From NCBI GenBank assembly GCA_946405105.1, contig CAMJFY010000007.1, positions 882 to 64,881 of the forward strand: 64,000 bases of DNA, read 5' to 3'. A model generated the notes under the pieces. That model was not told where the DNA came from, ran no database searches, and worked only from the letters and a program-made list of their open reading frames with translations. Positions 1 through 8,379 of the stretch are shown in pieces (position 1 is the first letter of the stretch; each line of letters begins with the position of its first letter). A program made the position numbers and the translations under genes. This DNA is from an uncultured Bacillales bacterium (GTDB taxonomy: Bacteria; Bacillota_I; Bacilli_A; Acholeplasmatales; Anaeroplasmataceae).

Positions 1-2
1 CT

Positions 3-467
3 AAATCCTTATTACAAGCTTTAATTCTAATATTAGATAACCATCAAATAACAGCAGATGATTTTATTGATACTACTGGAGAAAATGATGCTCGATTTGT
101 TGAAGCTATGCCTGAATTTAAAAAAATGCTACAAAAGCTTGATTTAGATATATCATTTTTAAAATCTAGTATTGATGAAGAAGATGCTAAAAATAAAAGG
201 AAAATATACTTTTTTAATGTTGGTGATAATCCAATCAATTATAAAATTGATGATTTGAATGAAGAAGAATTAATTAAGTATTCATTAGTTATAATTTATC
301 TAATGCTAAAAAATGGTCAATATGTTTCTTCAATAACATTATCAAGAATATTTCCAAGATTTGATAGAAAAACAATGGCATTATTAAAAGATTCATTATT
401 AGATTGTATTGCTGAAGATATAGAAAAAAATAAATATCAATCACTAATATTAGTTGATTATGAATAA
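3..467 (+). CDS. hypothetical protein, 5' end cut by the window edge
   Basis: Frame 3 is open from nt 3 (KSLLQALILILDNHQ...) to TAA 465-467. The ORF track lists only the part from the internal Met at 108. No recognisable motif. Confidence 0.5.
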   Translation, partial: KSLLQALILILDNHQITADDFIDTTGENDARFVEAMPEFKKMLQKLDLDISFLKSSIDEEDAKNKRKIYFFNVGDNPINYKIDDLNEEELIKYSLVIIYLMLKNGQYVSSITLSRIFPRFDRKTMALLKDSLLDCIAEDIEKNKYQSLILVDYE

Positions 468-511
468 AAAGAGGATGCAACTCATTAACAAATTGCATCC
501 TTTATTTGTTT
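466..511. repeat. 46-nt hairpin repeat, copy A (terminator-like; GGATGCAA...TTGCATCC stem followed by a T-run)
   Basis: AAAAAGAGGATGCAACTCATTAACAAATTGCATCCTTTATTTGTTT. It is near-identical to 2966-3015 (one mismatch, 2-nt indel). Confidence 0.8.
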
Positions 512-775
512 CACTAAGCCTCTAGTTAATTCAATTTTATAATGCAACAATTTTCATTATTTGTCTTATTAAATATTTATATGTTATAATTGTATCAAGA
601 TAGATTCGATTGAAATTTGGGTTTGTGAAATTATGTGATAAGTTTGAAAGTATTAATGTGGCAATGCATCAAGTCTTACAATGTAGGAAAAATGTTGGTA
701 ATTCTATATATAGTTTTTCAGGTGAAGAATAATCGAATTTATGGAAATTTTAGAAAAAAAGATAAGGAGAATCAA

Positions 776-1843
776 ATGAAAAAGATTTTTATTAGTTTTC
801 TAATTGTATTTATGCTTTTTATGGTGTCTTGTTTTAATGATTCTAATTCTAAACAAAATAATAATCAAGGAACAACAAATAATGTACACGTTCATTCATA
901 TCAAACAGTCGTTATTGAACAAAAATGTGCCACTGATGGATATACTCTTCATTATTGCAGTTGTGGTGATTCTTATAAGGATAATATAAAAACTGCTACT
1001 GGTCATGAATGGGAAGAAAAAGAGCAAAATTTCAAATGTAAGAAGTGTGGTAGATATGAGGATGAAGGATTTACATTTGAACTTGTTTCAACTAGTTCAA
1101 TTTATTTTAATGAAGGTTCAGTTGGAAGAGGCAATACATATGATGTAAAGAATATTTCTAGTTCTGCTTTGGAGGGTGGAAATGTAATAATTCCTAGAAA
1201 ACATTTGGGACTTCCTGTTACGGGTATAATTAGAGGGGCATTTTATAATTGTAGAAAAGAAATAAAAGAAATTTATTTTCCAAGTACTATTAAATATATT
1301 GGTTCAAGTTTAATGTCATCAAATGGTCAAGGTGGATTTACTGATACGCCTGTACTTGAAAAAATTAAATTTGATAACAATTGTTCTAATATTAATATTT
1401 CTCATTCGGCTTTCCAGGCTTGTGAGAATGTTAATAGTATTGCAATGCCTAATAATTGTGTTAAAAGAATAAACCATGATGATGGTAGAGGTAATTTATT
1501 CTTGTTTCAAGATACAAAATATTATAAAGAACATAAGACTGAAGAAAATGGTCTTTATTATTTGTTTGATATGTTGTTAGAAGTAGATAAAAGTAAAGTT
1601 GGTTCAACTATAGATATAAAATCAGGTACTAGAATTATTTCAAATGAGGTTTTTATGGATAATACGAATATAAAAATATTGAATATTCCAAAGTCAGTTA
1701 TTTATATTGGAGTTAAAGCATTTTATAATTGTGTTAATTTGAAAACTATTAATTATGCTGGTTCTACTAATGAATATAATTCTATAACGATTGAAGAAAA
1801 TGCATTTTATAATTGTAGTAATATAACGTATAATTATGCTTGA
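776..1843 (+). CDS. BspA-type leucine-rich-repeat surface lipoprotein with an N-terminal His/Cys-rich module
   Basis: AAGGAG at 764-769 precedes ATG 776. Signal peptide MKKIFISFLIVFMLFMVSC. LRR_5-like repeats (IPKSVIYIGVKAFYNCVNLKTINY). The track start at 635 is an unsupported N-terminal extension. Confidence 0.8.
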   Translation: MKKIFISFLIVFMLFMVSCFNDSNSKQNNNQGTTNNVHVHSYQTVVIEQKCATDGYTLHYCSCGDSYKDNIKTATGHEWEEKEQNFKCKKCGRYEDEGFTFELVSTSSIYFNEGSVGRGNTYDVKNISSSALEGGNVIIPRKHLGLPVTGIIRGAFYNCRKEIKEIYFPSTIKYIGSSLMSSNGQGGFTDTPVLEKIKFDNNCSNINISHSAFQACENVNSIAMPNNCVKRINHDDGRGNLFLFQDTKYYKEHKTEENGLYYLFDMLLEVDKSKVGSTIDIKSGTRIISNEVFMDNTNIKILNIPKSVIYIGVKAFYNCVNLKTINYAGSTNEYNSITIEENAFYNCSNITYNYA

Positions 1844-1856
1844 TTGGAGTGATATT

Positions 1857-2960
1857 ATGAAGAAAATTCTAATGTTAATTGTTTCAGTTATGGCTACTAT
1901 TTTTTTGTTTAGCTGTGGTTCAAATTCTACCAGTAATAATGCTAATAATAAAGAAACACATACCCATTCTTATACATCAAATGTTGTAGCTCCTAAATGT
2001 GGTACACAGGGATATACAATTCATTCATGTAGTTGTGGTAGTTCATATATTGATTCATATACTAATGCAACAGGACATACTTGGGTTGAAGGTGAAAAGA
2101 ATTATTATTGCTCTAAATGTAATCAATCTGAGGCTGAATATTTTGAATTTACATTGATGTCAGAAAGCAGTGATCCATATTATGTTTTAAGAAGTACTAA
2201 ACCAAATGCTGTAGTAAATGGTGTTCTAGAAATACCCAGAAAATATGAATCTTTACCTGTTAAATCTATTGCAAATTATGCTATTTCAAATGTAACAAAA
2301 CAAATTAAAAAATTGATCATACATGATAATATTAAATTGTTATATGGTAGCTTGATGCATGGACATAGTATTTGGGAGCCTGAACCTGATGTAATGAGTA
2401 CACTGGAAGAAATTGTTTTTGATAGTACATGTACAGATTTAAATATTTCATCTCTTGCCTTTAGTAATTGTCCAAATTTATCAAAAGTAAATTTGAAAAA
2501 AGGTATGGTTAAATATGCTTCATCAGATGGTGTAACTACACCAAATGGAGGAACAGCAGATTATTTATTTAGAAATACACCATATTTTAATAATAATTCT
2601 GTAAATAAAAATGGATTATATTATTTGTGTGATTTATTATTATATGCTGATCTAAATGAAGTTGGTTCTAATATTAACATTGAAAGTGGAACTGTTAATA
2701 TAAATTCATGTATTTTTAACAAATGTACAACATTAAAAAGCGTAACTATTCCTAGTAGTGTTACATTAATTGGCTCTAGTGCCTTCCGAAACTGTACTAG
2801 TCTTGAAACTATTAATTATAGTGGTACAGTTGCACAGTTTAAAAAAATCAGTATAGGTGCTAGTGCATTTGGTAATTTAAAAGCCACTTATGTAACTTGT
2901 ACTGATGGAACAGTAACGAATTATGTTGTGAATGGGACATCAAGTAAGATTGGAAGTTAA
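1857..2960 (+). CDS. BspA-type leucine-rich-repeat surface lipoprotein (tandem paralogue)
   Basis: ATG 1857 gives MKKILMLIVSVMATIFLFSCGSN (lipobox). It has the same HxHSY...C..GY..H.C.CG.SY....ATGH.W....C.KC module as the upstream gene. LRR repeat: IPSSVTLIGSSAFRNCTSLETINY. Confidence 0.8.
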   Translation: MKKILMLIVSVMATIFLFSCGSNSTSNNANNKETHTHSYTSNVVAPKCGTQGYTIHSCSCGSSYIDSYTNATGHTWVEGEKNYYCSKCNQSEAEYFEFTLMSESSDPYYVLRSTKPNAVVNGVLEIPRKYESLPVKSIANYAISNVTKQIKKLIIHDNIKLLYGSLMHGHSIWEPEPDVMSTLEEIVFDSTCTDLNISSLAFSNCPNLSKVNLKKGMVKYASSDGVTTPNGGTADYLFRNTPYFNNNSVNKNGLYYLCDLLLYADLNEVGSNINIESGTVNINSCIFNKCTTLKSVTIPSSVTLIGSSAFRNCTSLETINYSGTVAQFKKISIGASAFGNLKATYVTCTDGTVTNYVVNGTSSKIGS

Positions 2961-2965
2961 TAAAT

Positions 2966-3015
2966 AAAAAAAGAGGATGCAACTCAATTTAACGAATTGC
3001 ATCCTTTATTTGTTT
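2966..3015. repeat. 46-nt hairpin repeat, copy B; bidirectional terminator between the LRR gene and the XRE gene
   Basis: AAAAAAAGAGGATGCAACTCAATTTAACGAATTGCATCCTTTATTTGTTT. It overlaps the last codons (KQIKDAIR*) of the minus-strand XRE gene. Confidence 0.8.
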
Positions 3016-3510
3016 AACAAGTAATCTATTTAATTCAATCTCAGTTATCTCATCATCTAATGCTCTTATTTCATCATCAGATGGTTTACCATTCGCAAAT
3101 AAAGCTTCTGCCTTATTGATTCTAGTAAATTCTTCAAATATACCTAAAATATTATTAGATTTACCAACACCAATTAAAGAATTAATATCAATACATCTAT
3201 GATTATTATTATCAAAGTAGATGTATTTTTTTTCTTTTAGTTCTCTATAATAATCATCTCTAATAGCAAAATAGAAGTTACCTTCTTTATATAATGCATA
3301 AATACAAAAACTAGAATTATATAATAAATAATCTATACTTACCTCAAAAAATTTAGAAAAAGTTTTTAATGCACTTGTAGGCATATCCCTTTTCTCATTT
3401 TCATAATTACTAATAACTGCATGATGCATTCCTATTTTATCTTCTAAAGCACGTGTTGTTAATTGTCTTTCTTCACGTAGTTCCTTAATTCTGTTCATTT
3501 GAATCACCAT
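2989..3510 (-). CDS. XRE-family helix-turn-helix transcriptional repressor with a C-terminal domain
   Basis: N-terminus IKELREERQLTTRALEDKIGMHHAVISNYENEKRDMPTSALKTFSKFFEVSIDYLL is a classic Cro/CI HTH. The more likely start is ATG 3498 (GGTGA 5 nt upstream), giving 169 aa. Confidence 0.8.
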   Translation of the reverse strand: MVIQMNRIKELREERQLTTRALEDKIGMHHAVISNYENEKRDMPTSALKTFSKFFEVSIDYLLYNSSFCIYALYKEGNFYFAIRDDYYRELKEKKYIYFDNNNHRCIDINSLIGVGKSNNILGIFEEFTRINKAEALFANGKPSDDEIRALDDEITEIELNRLLVKQIKDAIR

Positions 3511-3535
3511 ATTAATTATAGTTTATGCTATTGCC

Positions 3536-3618
3536 GCTGTCAATACGAAAACTATTTGCTGTCAATTTGTTGACAAAAATAATATTCGGTGTTATCATTG
3601 TTTCGGAGTCAATTTGAC
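3536..3618. promoter_or_regulatory. divergent promoter/operator region between the XRE gene and the HExxH gene
   Basis: GTCAAT occurs three times (3539-3544, 3561-3566, 3608-3613). Two copies lie in palindromes: GTCAAtttgTTGAC 3561-3574 and GTCAAtTTGAC 3608-3618. The + strand promoter is TTGACA 3570-3575, a 17-nt spacer and TATCAT 3593-3598, so one palindrome overlaps the -35. Confidence 0.55.
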
Positions 3619-3636
3619 ACCAAAAAGGAGAATAAC

Positions 3637-4155
3637 ATGAAAATAGATAAAAAATTAAAAGAAGATTTCATCAATGCATTTGGTGAAGAAAAATGGGAGA
3701 TTGAAGAAGCTCTAGCTAAAATAGAACCAATATCAAGAGAACTAGCAGAATACTTAGAAGTGCCACAAGTTCCAATTGTAGTTGAAAACATTAAAGAAGA
3801 TTCTAGGATGTATTTTCAAGAAGAGTTCATAGTTTTAAGAAAAGATATAGCTCTTAACTATGTGGAAGCTTTAAAATCTATCGCTCATGAATATCGACAT
3901 TGGTATCAATTCCTCGCAGTTAAAAATAAAGATGAATCAAAGCCTTTAGTATATGAATACGCAGAAGGCTTTATGTATATGTCAGAACATGGTAATACTA
4001 ATGATGGTTCAAATGAGTATTATTCTTTGATAATTGAACTAGATGCATTTGCATTTCAAAAATACTTTTTAAAAGAAGTATTAGACATAGAAACACATTA
4101 TCCAAATGAAGAATATGACAAAATGTTGGATAAATTTATAGAATATTTTTATTAA
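3637..4155 (+). CDS. hypothetical protein with an HExxH metallopeptidase motif (ImmA/IrrE-like anti-repressor candidate)
   Basis: AAAGGAG 3624-3630 precedes ATG 3637. Motif SIAHEYRHWYQF. It lies divergent to the XRE repressor. Confidence 0.5.
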   Translation: MKIDKKLKEDFINAFGEEKWEIEEALAKIEPISRELAEYLEVPQVPIVVENIKEDSRMYFQEEFIVLRKDIALNYVEALKSIAHEYRHWYQFLAVKNKDESKPLVYEYAEGFMYMSEHGNTNDGSNEYYSLIIELDAFAFQKYFLKEVLDIETHYPNEEYDKMLDKFIEYFY

Positions 4156-4242
4156 AAATCGTCCATGTCAAATAGCGTCCCGACTATCCGAATTTTACCT
4201 ATCTAAAATAAAGATGTAAACGAAATAGGAGGAATAGACAAA

Positions 4243-4470
4243 ATGGACGTTATGAATGTTTTAAATACAGCAAAGCCAAAGCTTAGAAGAATGAGAACAA
4301 TAAGACAAGCTTTAGCTGAAATAAAGGAAATAGATCCTAATACAGGTCTTAATTACAACTTTGTTAATAAGTTATGTGATGAAAACAAAATACATAACAT
4401 TATAGTTGGTCAAAAGAAAAGATTATTAGATCTAGATGAACTTTTAAATTATTTTATGAATGGAGATTAA
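4243..4470 (+). CDS. small DNA-binding protein, excisionase (Xis)-like
   Basis: AGGAGG lies upstream. It is 75 aa, basic, and overlaps the recombinase genes that follow. Its pattern and position are typical of Xis/HTH_17 proteins. The call is by context. Confidence 0.45.
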   Translation: MDVMNVLNTAKPKLRRMRTIRQALAEIKEIDPNTGLNYNFVNKLCDENKIHNIIVGQKKRLLDLDELLNYFMNGD

Positions 4471-4474
4471 AGTT

Positions 4475-5488
4475 ATGAATATAAAAAAGCTTTACTATCA
4501 TTATATGAAAGATAATCCCACATCATCCGTTGAAAGATTTAGAAAAATAATATTCACCTGGATGGGCAATATCATTTTAAATAGGATTACTAAAGAAGAT
4601 ATGCTGATTCTTTTATATAAATTGGATTATATGGAATATGAATATGGCAATGCAATTGCAAAAGATAATGTTAAGCAATTGGCTGAACCATATCAAAAGA
4701 AAGGGATTAACCTTCGTAAAGCTTTTCATATAACTTCAAGTACCCTATATAAAGTATTTAATTGTGAAATAATAGCTATTTCATCTGCATTAGAATTCTG
4801 TAAACTAAATAATCTTAAATTATCTGATTATTTTAAAATTTATTCAAAAAAGAAAACATATACAAAAGAAATGAAGAAGGATATTAAAAATGCAATGAAA
4901 AGATTATTAGATTATGCAGTAGAAAAAGGCTTTATCAAAGAAAATCCAATGCCTTCAAAACATATATTTAAAATTGATATAAGAAGGACTAATAATTATT
5001 TACCTAGTAAAGCAATTGAAGATTTTGTTGAAGCATTATTTAATAGGAAAAATATTAATGAAAGATGCTATGCATTAATATTTATAATAGTTGGTTTGAA
5101 TAAAGAAATAGTTTTTGATTTAAAGATAAAAAACTTTAATTTTGAGCATCATTTCATTAAATATAATGGTAGAACCTTTTATATGTCAGAATATATATCA
5201 AATCAATTAAATGATTTTTTCTTTAGTGAATTACCAAATAATAAAATTCTAAACTATAACCCCAATTATCTTAAGACTTTAATATATAAAATTGGCAATG
5301 ATGTAAATGAGCATACTTTTAATCTAGAATCTTTAAAATCTAATTATGGAGTACTTATGAAATATGTTAATCAATATTCAAAAAAAGAAACTAAAACAAT
5401 AAAATATGAAGAATTAACAAAAGAAAATGAAATTGCATATAACGATTTTAAAGCATTCTTACAATATAGGAAGGAGTATTTAGGATGA
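4475..5488 (+). CDS. tyrosine-recombinase-like protein lacking catalytic residues
   Basis: GGAGA precedes ATG 4475. The core-binding-like segment RLLDYAVEKGFIKENPMP is present. Where integrases have G-L-R it has VGLNKEIVFDLKIKNF, and no HxxR or catalytic Tyr box is visible. Its stop overlaps the int start (ATGA at 5485). Confidence 0.5.
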   Translation: MNIKKLYYHYMKDNPTSSVERFRKIIFTWMGNIILNRITKEDMLILLYKLDYMEYEYGNAIAKDNVKQLAEPYQKKGINLRKAFHITSSTLYKVFNCEIIAISSALEFCKLNNLKLSDYFKIYSKKKTYTKEMKKDIKNAMKRLLDYAVEKGFIKENPMPSKHIFKIDIRRTNNYLPSKAIEDFVEALFNRKNINERCYALIFIIVGLNKEIVFDLKIKNFNFEHHFIKYNGRTFYMSEYISNQLNDFFFSELPNNKILNYNPNYLKTLIYKIGNDVNEHTFNLESLKSNYGVLMKYVNQYSKKETKTIKYEELTKENEIAYNDFKAFLQYRKEYLG

Positions 5489-7077
5489 AACCAGCAATAA
5501 TAAAAAGAAATAATAAAACAGGGTTCGTCTATAGAATCATTATTAGATATTATGATGAGTATGATAATTTAGTATCTAAAGAAACAAGCTATAAACCAGA
5601 ACCCGGAATGACTGAAGCGAAAGCCGAAGTATATGCAGAATTATATGCTGAGCAATTTCAAAAGGATCTTCTTGAAAAGGTAGAAAATCGTAAAAAAGAA
5701 ATTGCTGAGGATGAAAGACTTGGTGGTCCTTTAAAGAGGATGACCTTTAAAGAATTAGCACAAGAATGGTTAGATTCTAAATATGATTCTACTAATCCTG
5801 CGAATCCTAATAATATTTCTTATAGATATTATTGTGAAGCAATTACAGAAATAGCCAACTATAATAAAGAGTTTGGCGATATGAGAGTAGTAGATATTAC
5901 TCACGATGTTATTTATAAATATTATAAAAAGCTTTCTAGTATGAAAAAAGTATCTACTATTTATACTGCTAAACCTAATATTAAAGAAATATTTAAAGCT
6001 AGAGGTTTATCAAAAAGAGTGGTGTATTCATTATTTAGTAAAATACCATTTAATCTAAGTGCAATTTTAAATGGAGCGAATGTACAAGAAAAAACGGCTT
6101 TAAAATTATCTCAAGCTGTTGGTATTCCATTAAATAAACTATTTGATAAGAAGGTTAAAGAGGAAGCATATGCTGAATATACTATATTTGGAAAAAAGAA
6201 AATCCTAAAGACTATATTTGAATTTGCAATTAATGTTTTAAGGATTATTCATGAAAATCCGGCAAAGGATGGAATGACTAAGAATTCATTTCAAACTAAA
6301 AGAAGAGAATCATTATCAGAAGAGCAAGCAATTAAATTTTATGAAGCTACAAAGGAATTTGATATTATGATTCAAACTGCGATGCATATGTCACTGCTTA
6401 CTGGTATGAGACCAGCTGAAATGGGAGGCCTTGAATGGAAAGACATAGATTTCTCTTATAAAACAATAACAATTGAACGTAATGCCATTAAATGTGATAA
6501 GATGGGGATTATATTAAAAGGAACTAAAACTAATAAGGCAAGAACAATATCAATTCCTGAAATCCTTGTGGAGCAATTAATTAAATATCGTAAATGGCAA
6601 CAAGATTGGATTGAATCATTAGGCGATTATTATAAAGATGAGGATCAGGTGTTTTCACAATCTGATGGTTCTAGAGTGACTACAGATATATTTAATAAAT
6701 GGTTTAAGAAGGTAAGAGATAAAGCTGAACTTCCTGAAAAATTCACCTTGTATAACTTAAGACATACAAACCTATCAATTCTAGTTGGATATGTACCTAT
6801 TACAACAGTAGCTCAAAGAGCAGGACATTCCACAATTAAAACGACTGAAGAATATTACATTCATAGAGTAAGTGAAGCTGATATGCAAGCATCTCAGACA
6901 TTAAATAATGTATTTAAAACTTCATTTGAAAACCAAACCAAGGGAAAGGAAGAAATTGAAATAGAAGAATATAAACGATCATTAGAAAAGATGAAGCAGC
7001 TTGGATTCAAGACGTTAAAAGAATATTTTGAATATTTAAATTACATGAAATCAAAAGGATTTAATATTCCATTATAA
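5485..7077 (+). CDS. tyrosine site-specific integrase
   Basis: Catalytic boxes TGMRPAEMGGLEWKDIDF (Arg), LYNLRHTNLS (HxxR-type) and AGHSTIKTTEEYYIH (His...Tyr). There is an N-terminal arm-binding-like beta segment KTGFVYRIIIRYYDEY and an inserted HTH-like segment LSQAVGIPLNKLF. Confidence 0.85.
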   Translation: MKPAIIKRNNKTGFVYRIIIRYYDEYDNLVSKETSYKPEPGMTEAKAEVYAELYAEQFQKDLLEKVENRKKEIAEDERLGGPLKRMTFKELAQEWLDSKYDSTNPANPNNISYRYYCEAITEIANYNKEFGDMRVVDITHDVIYKYYKKLSSMKKVSTIYTAKPNIKEIFKARGLSKRVVYSLFSKIPFNLSAILNGANVQEKTALKLSQAVGIPLNKLFDKKVKEEAYAEYTIFGKKKILKTIFEFAINVLRIIHENPAKDGMTKNSFQTKRRESLSEEQAIKFYEATKEFDIMIQTAMHMSLLTGMRPAEMGGLEWKDIDFSYKTITIERNAIKCDKMGIILKGTKTNKARTISIPEILVEQLIKYRKWQQDWIESLGDYYKDEDQVFSQSDGSRVTTDIFNKWFKKVRDKAELPEKFTLYNLRHTNLSILVGYVPITTVAQRAGHSTIKTTEEYYIHRVSEADMQASQTLNNVFKTSFENQTKGKEEIEIEEYKRSLEKMKQLGFKTLKEYFEYLNYMKSKGFNIPL

Positions 7078-7082
7078 TGAAA

Positions 7083-7120
7083 AAATCATCCGTTTAATTG
7101 GATGATTTTATTGCTTTTAT
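7083..7120 (+). terminator. rho-independent terminator after the integrase gene
   Basis: AAATCATCC gtttaatt GGATGATTT, then a T-rich tail. Confidence 0.7.
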
Positions 7121-7165
7121 GGCTTGGGACTAGCTAATTGATACATATCTTGGATTTTGTCCACT

Positions 7166-8065
7166 CTAGTTAAAACTGAATTTGGTATAGTCCACTTTTA
7201 ATTTTACATTACTTCCTGTAAACACAAATAATCCATTAGAGTTTAGCTCATACAATCCTCTTTGCGAATTATCTAAAGTCGTAAATGGATATGATGAGCA
7301 GAATGAATTCCAAAACTCAACAGGGAAGTCAACTGTTGTTTCATATACTTCTTTTGCACTAGTAAATTTATGAGTGAAATTAAATGACTGCATTTGTTGA
7401 TGTGGTGAAGCTGCACCAGGCATAAAGTTTTCACTATCAATATAGAAACTAGCTGAGAATTGAATTTCAATATTGCACTCAATAATTTCAGCAGGTACAG
7501 TTTGGCCATTTAATGTTATGTTCTCATCATATGGATAATAGAACTTAAATTTATAGCTAGGCAATCCATTATTTTGTAATGATTCTGTTATTTCTTTTTT
7601 CACTGAATATTGTGTAACATTTCGTGTTGTAGTTCCAGGATCTCTAAAAATTTTTAAATCATAAGTAATCTCATTATTATTTTTTTGATTCTTAAATAGT
7701 ATTTGATAATTATTAAATCCAACTGTAAGTGTCATTTCCTTAGTTGTGGTATTATATGCAGAATTACTAGATGAATATATCTCAATAAGGTGTTCTGGTG
7801 AATAAGAAAATAATTCATCAACTCTTATTGTTTCTTTATTATTTTCAACTGCAAGACTTATTTTATTTCCAGTTTGTTCCTGTTTTATAGCAGAATTTAA
7901 ATTCTTTTCATATAGATAACCGTTATCATTATCTTGTGTATTAACACTCTGATTATCAGTTGTTGATGGATTTGTCTTATTTGAATTAGTGTTTGAATTA
8001 CTACCACATGAAGTTATAGTAAAAAACATAAAAATTGCTAAAACTAATAGTGATATTCTTTTCAT
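7166..8065 (-). CDS. lipoprotein of unknown function
   Basis: ATG 8065 gives MKRISLLVLAIFMFFTITSCGSNSN (lipobox), followed by an N/T/S-rich linker. The track start at 8083 is a GTG extension. Confidence 0.7.
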   Translation of the reverse strand: MKRISLLVLAIFMFFTITSCGSNSNTNSNKTNPSTTDNQSVNTQDNDNGYLYEKNLNSAIKQEQTGNKISLAVENNKETIRVDELFSYSPEHLIEIYSSSNSAYNTTTKEMTLTVGFNNYQILFKNQKNNNEITYDLKIFRDPGTTTRNVTQYSVKKEITESLQNNGLPSYKFKFYYPYDENITLNGQTVPAEIIECNIEIQFSASFYIDSENFMPGAASPHQQMQSFNFTHKFTSAKEVYETTVDFPVEFWNSFCSSYPFTTLDNSQRGLYELNSNGLFVFTGSNVKLKVDYTKFSFN

Positions 8066-8212
8066 CAAAATCACTTCCCTCACTGAATAACTCTTAATTT
8101 ATTTTACCATATAGTGAGAAAAAGCACTAGATAAAACTTGTGCTTCAACTCTACAGAGTTACATGATTATTCTTCTAATATTTTAAATAAATGGCTTAGT
8201 TATGCGTTTATA

Positions 8213-8250
8213 CAAAGAAAAAAAGGCTTGATACGATATTGTATCAAACC
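8213..8250 (-). terminator. rho-independent terminator downstream of tRNA-Arg
   Basis: The minus strand reads GGTTTGATAC aatat GTATCAAGCC TTTTTTTCTTTG. The stem is 10 bp including one G-U pair that forms only on this strand. Confidence 0.75.
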
Positions 8251-8263
8251 TATTGTTCTTTAA

Positions 8264-8340
8264 TGGCGCAGATAAAAGGATTCTAACCTTCGACCTTCCC
8301 CTTAGGAGGGGGACGCTCTGTACAGCTGAGCTATATCTGC
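8264..8340 (-). tRNA. tRNA-Arg (anticodon CCU), CCA encoded
   Basis: Hand fold: GCAGATA TA GCTC AGCTGTACA GAGC G TCCCC CTCCTAA GGGGA AGGTC GAAGG TTAGAAT CCTTT TATCTGC G CCA. All four stems pair. The T-loop reads TTAGAAT and the D-loop lacks GG. Confidence 0.85.
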
Positions 8341-8350
8341 AAGTGTATAA

Positions 8351-8379
8351 ATTATATATTAAATTTTAGTGTGATTCAA
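8351..8379 (-). promoter_or_regulatory. sigma-A-type promoter of tRNA-Arg
   Basis: On the minus strand: TTGAAT (8379-8374), a 17-nt spacer, TATAAT (8356-8351). The -10 ends 10 nt before the mature tRNA 5' end. Confidence 0.65.

Larger units (their letters stand above)
2966..7120 (+). mobile_element. regulation/integration module of an integrative element (prophage or ICE remnant) oriented toward tRNA-Arg
   Basis: It contains XRE, an HExxH protein, Xis-like, a degenerate recombinase and an integrase transcribed toward the 3' end of the tRNA at 8264. No att repeat was found, so the true limits are unknown (possibly from before nt 1 up to 8263). Confidence 0.5.

Noticed and set aside
635-775. 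N-terminal extensions suggested by the ORF track, here and at 1836, 3589, 4460, 8083, 16296, 20356, 22023, 28604, 37785, 47401, 47864, 48183, 50903, 51391, 52188, 54814 and 60736
   Set aside because: Many of these track starts are GTG/TTG codons translated as M, and they lack an SD. An internal ATG with a GGAGG-like SD 5-10 nt upstream, often starting a signal peptide or the conserved N-terminus, is a better start.
2966-8340. The integrase region considered as an intact prophage or ICE
   Set aside because: No capsid, tail, terminase, replication, relaxase or type IV secretion genes are present, and no att direct repeat of the tRNA 3' end was found within the window. Only a small island or remnant can be supported.
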